DNA of 7,433 nucleotides from a virus (Duplodnaviria; Heunggongvirae; Uroviricota; Caudoviricetes): IMG/VR virus record IMGVR_UViG_2778261064_000007; one strand, 5' to 3'. Shown piece by piece: positions 6,137 to 7,433 of this stretch (position 1 is its first letter; each line of letters starts with the position of its first letter). The notes under the pieces were generated by a model. It saw only the letters and a program-made list of their open reading frames with translations, ran no database searches and was not told where the DNA came from. The position numbers and the translations under genes were made by a program.

Positions 6137-7433
6137 ATGTCTGTATTAATTTCGGGTGTGCTGACGGATGGTGCGGGAGTCCACATGTCCGGATACCATA
6201 TTATTCTGAAAGCCCGACAGAATACATCCGCAGTGGTCATGAGAACGGTGGCAACAGTGGTGACAGGGCCGGCAGGAGAATATGCATTTGAAGCCCAGAC
6301 CGGAAGATATGATGTTTATCTTCGTTCGTGTATTGAAAGAGAATATTGCGTCGGTGATATTTCGGTTTACGACGACTCAAAGCCCGGCACACTGAACGAC
6401 TTTCTGACCGCCCTTGATGAAGGCGATTTAAAACCGGATGTAGTGAAACGCTTTGAGGAAATGGTGGCGCAGGCGCAGCAGAGCGCGGAAGCAGCAGCGG
6501 AAAGCGAACGACAGGCCGGGCAACATGTCACTGATGCGCAACAAATTAAGAGCGACTGCGAGGCGCTGGCGGATAACGTACAGCAGAATGCAGAAGCCGT
6601 TGCCGAAGATAAAAATCAGGTGGCGTTGCTGGCGTCATCTGCCACACAGGATGCAGCCCGCGCAGAGCAGGCCGTTAAGGATGCCGACACGATAGTCAAG
6701 AAAGCGGTCGATAAACTTGCTGATGCCGCAACGCTGACCGGCGAGGCAAAAGCCAGTGCCGAAGCGGCCGCACAAAGCGAACAGAATGCGGAAAATCACG
6801 CTGATAATGCAGCACAAAGCGCACAGCAGACCGCGCAGGATGTGCAGGCAACGGTCACAGCCCGCAGTGATGCGGAACGTTTTGCGGGTGAGGCAGAAAA
6901 CAGCGCACAGTCATCAGGCACAGCGCGGGACGAATCAGTCGATGCCGCCGAACGCGCCCGCCTTTATCATAATACCGCATCATCAGCAGCGACCAGTTCA
7001 GGACTGTCGGCAAATGCGGCGCTGGGGTACAAAAACAGTGCCGCCGAATACGCCCGACAGGCTAAAGCCAGCCAGGATGCAGGTGCAGACAATGCGCAGG
7101 AAGCGAAACAGTACAGGGATGAGGCACAGCAGATAGTTGATGACCTGAATGCAACAAATGCCAGCACGACAGAAAAAGGACTGGTGCAACTGTGTAGTGA
7201 CACGGATAACGACAGCGAGGAACTGGCTGCCACGCCAAAGGCTGTCAAAACCGTCATGGAGGAGACGAAAACAAAAGCGCCACTGGACAGCCCGGCTTTC
7301 ACCGGCACCCCAACCACCCCAACCCCACCGGATGATGCCGCCGGTCTGGAAGCAGTGAACGCAGCGTTTGTGCGCAAACTGCTTGCTGCGCTGGTTGGCT
7401 CATCGCCGGAAGTTCTGGACACCCTGAACGAGC
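6137..7433 (+). CDS. stf: Tail fiber protein, lambda-Stf-like N-terminal domain plus Ala/Gln/Glu/Ser-rich shaft and phage tail fibre repeat; 3' end lies beyond the window (432 codons seen)
   Basis: ATG 6137 with AGGAA RBS 7 nt upstream; open in frame to the window end (own translation, no stop). The N-terminus (MSVLISGVLTDGAGV...IILKARQNTSAVV...GRYDVYL...VGDISVYDDSKPGTLNDFLTALDEGDLKPDVVKRFEEMV) parallels the lambda Stf N-terminus as I recall it (ISGVLKDGTGK...IQLKA.RNSTTVV...GRYSMDV...GTITVYEDSQPGTLNDFL...RPE.LRR.ELMV). Later, TEKGLVQLCSDTDNDSEELAATPKAVKTVMEETKTKAPLDSPAFTGTPTTPT matches the conserved tail-fibre repeat (ATPKAVK encoded at 7229-7249). Confidence 0.85.
   Translation, partial: MSVLISGVLTDGAGVHMSGYHIILKARQNTSAVVMRTVATVVTGPAGEYAFEAQTGRYDVYLRSCIEREYCVGDISVYDDSKPGTLNDFLTALDEGDLKPDVVKRFEEMVAQAQQSAEAAAESERQAGQHVTDAQQIKSDCEALADNVQQNAEAVAEDKNQVALLASSATQDAARAEQAVKDADTIVKKAVDKLADAATLTGEAKASAEAAAQSEQNAENHADNAAQSAQQTAQDVQATVTARSDAERFAGEAENSAQSSGTARDESVDAAERARLYHNTASSAATSSGLSANAALGYKNSAAEYARQAKASQDAGADNAQEAKQYRDEAQQIVDDLNATNASTTEKGLVQLCSDTDNDSEELAATPKAVKTVMEETKTKAPLDSPAFTGTPTTPTPPDDAAGLEAVNAAFVRKLLAALVGSSPEVLDTLNE

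Noticed and set aside
6453-7422. Plus-strand alternate-frame ORFs (6453-6695, 6756-7136, 7149-7358) and minus-strand ORFs (6635-6817, 6967-7422, 6998-7189) within the fiber gene
   Set aside because: They arise from the GC-rich repetitive Ala/Gln codon region of the fiber. Their translations are extreme Arg/Pro/Lys- or Ala/Ser-rich low complexity, with no RBS support.

Overview
The whole window is one same-strand (+), tightly packed operon encoding the core of a P2/phiCTX/R-pyocin-type contractile (myovirus-like) tail. In order: the 3' end of a Tfa-like tail fiber assembly gene, sheath (FI-like), tube (FII-like), tail assembly chaperone E with a predicted -1 frameshift extension E', tape measure (T-like), gpU-like, gpX-like (LysM-type), gpD-like, and the 5' ~1.3 kb of a lambda-Stf-like tail fiber gene that runs off the window end. 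Gene junctions are overlapping or near-abutting (ATGA at sheath/tube, TGA/GTG-ATG at T/U, 26-nt U/X and 10-nt X/D overlaps), which suggests translational coupling. Two terminator-like GC hairpins with T-tracts sit directly in front of the sheath RBS and the E RBS. I found no tRNA, rRNA, CRISPR array, integrase or transposase. All assignments rest on reading the translated ORFs against remembered family sequences and P2/phiCTX gene order; no database search was run. Nothing here is demonstrably a new system: the content is a recognisable phage-tail or tailocin module. The most unusual points are the fiber gene placed directly after gpD, a roughly 100-residue insertion in the sheath, and a short tape measure.
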